Notes under the pieces: generated by a model
Databases searched by the model: none
What the model saw: the letters and a program-made list of their open reading frames with translations, nothing else
What the model was told of the DNA's origin: nothing
Translations under genes and position numbers: made by a program
Part shown: positions 19,074-20,000 of the stretch, piece by piece
Position numbering within the stretch: the first letter of the stretch is position 1
Layout: each line of letters starts with the position of its first letter
Source of the DNA: an uncultured virus (IMG/VR IMGVR_UViG_3300025120_000029)
Taxonomy: Duplodnaviria; Heunggongvirae; Uroviricota; Caudoviricetes
Strand: one strand, 5' to 3'
Virus record (IMG/VR): IMGVR_UViG_3300025120_000029
DNA: 20,000 nucleotides

Positions 19074-19083
19074 CCTTTATTGT

Positions 19084-20000
19084 TTAACGCCCCATCTTTC
19101 CTACTGTCATCCAGTATGGGTATGCTGTACGTTTAAGTTTAGTCATGCCTCCTTTTTTTGCAGTAGGTTGATTCACATCTGTTCTTACGCTTGGTACATT
19201 ATATTGCTCAAAAGGATTATCATCATCTTTATTTGCATTCTTCTTACTATTCTCTCCCATAATAAGTTGTATATAATCTATTTTATTTTTTTCATCTTTT
19301 ACTCCTTGTTCATCTGCTTTGTTCCATAACCTAAGTACTTCCTCTTCTCTTTTCTCACTTTCAGTTCTTTGATCTGTTTTTGCATTTGGATTATTAGTAG
19401 AATCAGTAAATGTATTTAAACCATATAGTTCAGGTCTAATTTGGAATTCAGGAGATTTGGTTTTATTAAGGTTAGAAGTATTGGCCATATTAGTTTGCAT
19501 AGTGTTCCACAACTCATTACTTTTAATAGTATCCCAGTTCTTAAAGTCAGTAAACCTTTGTAAAGCTAAATTAGTACCTTCATCTTGTAACTCTCTTTGT
19601 TTCATATTAAACTGATTGTTTCTCATGTTTAAATCAGCATTTACTCTTCCAGCTTGATTAATAATGTTAATGTTATTTGTATTAGTCTTATTAATAGCAT
19701 CCTCACTTAAAGCTACAGCTTTACCAAAGTCTGATCCAGCTACTGCACCTCTACCAAAAGCTTTCATAGCATCTAGCTTAGAATTTAAAGCTGCATTAAT
19801 ATTATTTACTTTACCTGTCCAGTCATCTAAAGCTATATCTAATTGTACTGGTGGTGCTTGTCCTAATACTGGTAATATTAAAGGATTATCTAATCTATTT
19901 TGTGCTGCTATATTATTAACATCTTGCATCCATGGCATAGGTCTTTCAGGAACAAATTCATCATTTAATTTAGGATCTGGAGTATCAGCAGGATCATCTA
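19084..20000 (-). CDS. Putative virion structural/cargo protein, 5'-truncated (>304 aa)
   Basis: The frame stays open upstream of the track's ATG at 19938 to the window end (DDPADTPDPKLNDEFVPERP-MPWMQ...), so the true start is probably outside the window. It is Asn/Gln-rich and helical, has no Cys, and ends ...TAKKGGMTKLKRTAYPYWMTVGKMGR. Confidence 0.75.
   Translation of the reverse strand, partial: DDPADTPDPKLNDEFVPERPMPWMQDVNNIAAQNRLDNPLILPVLGQAPPVQLDIALDDWTGKVNNINAALNSKLDAMKAFGRGAVAGSDFGKAVALSEDAINKTNTNNINIINQAGRVNADLNMRNNQFNMKQRELQDEGTNLALQRFTDFKNWDTIKSNELWNTMQTNMANTSNLNKTKSPEFQIRPELYGLNTFTDSTNNPNAKTDQRTESEKREEEVLRLWNKADEQGVKDEKNKIDYIQLIMGENSKKNANKDDDNPFEQYNVPSVRTDVNQPTAKKGGMTKLKRTAYPYWMTVGKMGR

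Noticed and set aside
19936..19938. ATG at 19938 as the true start of the 284-aa ORF
   Set aside because: The frame is open to the window edge with protein-like sequence, so the gene most likely begins beyond 20000.
1..20000. CRISPR arrays, tRNA/rRNA genes, introns, inteins, IS elements
   Set aside because: No spaced direct repeats and no non-coding room (gaps of 2, 9 and 59 nt). The ORFs are uninterrupted, and I saw no intein or homing-endonuclease motifs.

Overview
AT-rich, almost fully coding phage DNA with four tightly packed minus-strand genes. In transcription order they are a 5'-truncated gene (>304 aa), a 1103-aa gene, a 4387-aa gene, and a 3'-truncated gene (>845 aa, 1..2537) that the ORF track missed. 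The 4387-aa protein carries the RIP...GADFDID two-barrel RNA polymerase signature of Crassvirales (crAss-like) virion RNA polymerases. It also has an internal HEAFH zincin metallopeptidase and an N-terminal Gly/Ala-rich hydrophobic region. The window is therefore best read as the virion cargo/ejection-protein and virion RNAP module of a crAss-like, probably Bacteroidota-infecting phage. Notable points: (1) I find only two cysteines in about 6,640 codons, one third from the RNAP C-terminus and one at residue 4 of the next protein. (2) The RNAP looks like a tripartite polyprotein whose protease is bracketed by a repeated ANK[IL] motif. (3) The downstream protein appears to carry both a degenerate zincin and a degenerate PD-(D/E)xK nuclease. 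(4) CG dinucleotides are strongly depleted. All assignments come from manual motif reading; no database searches were run.
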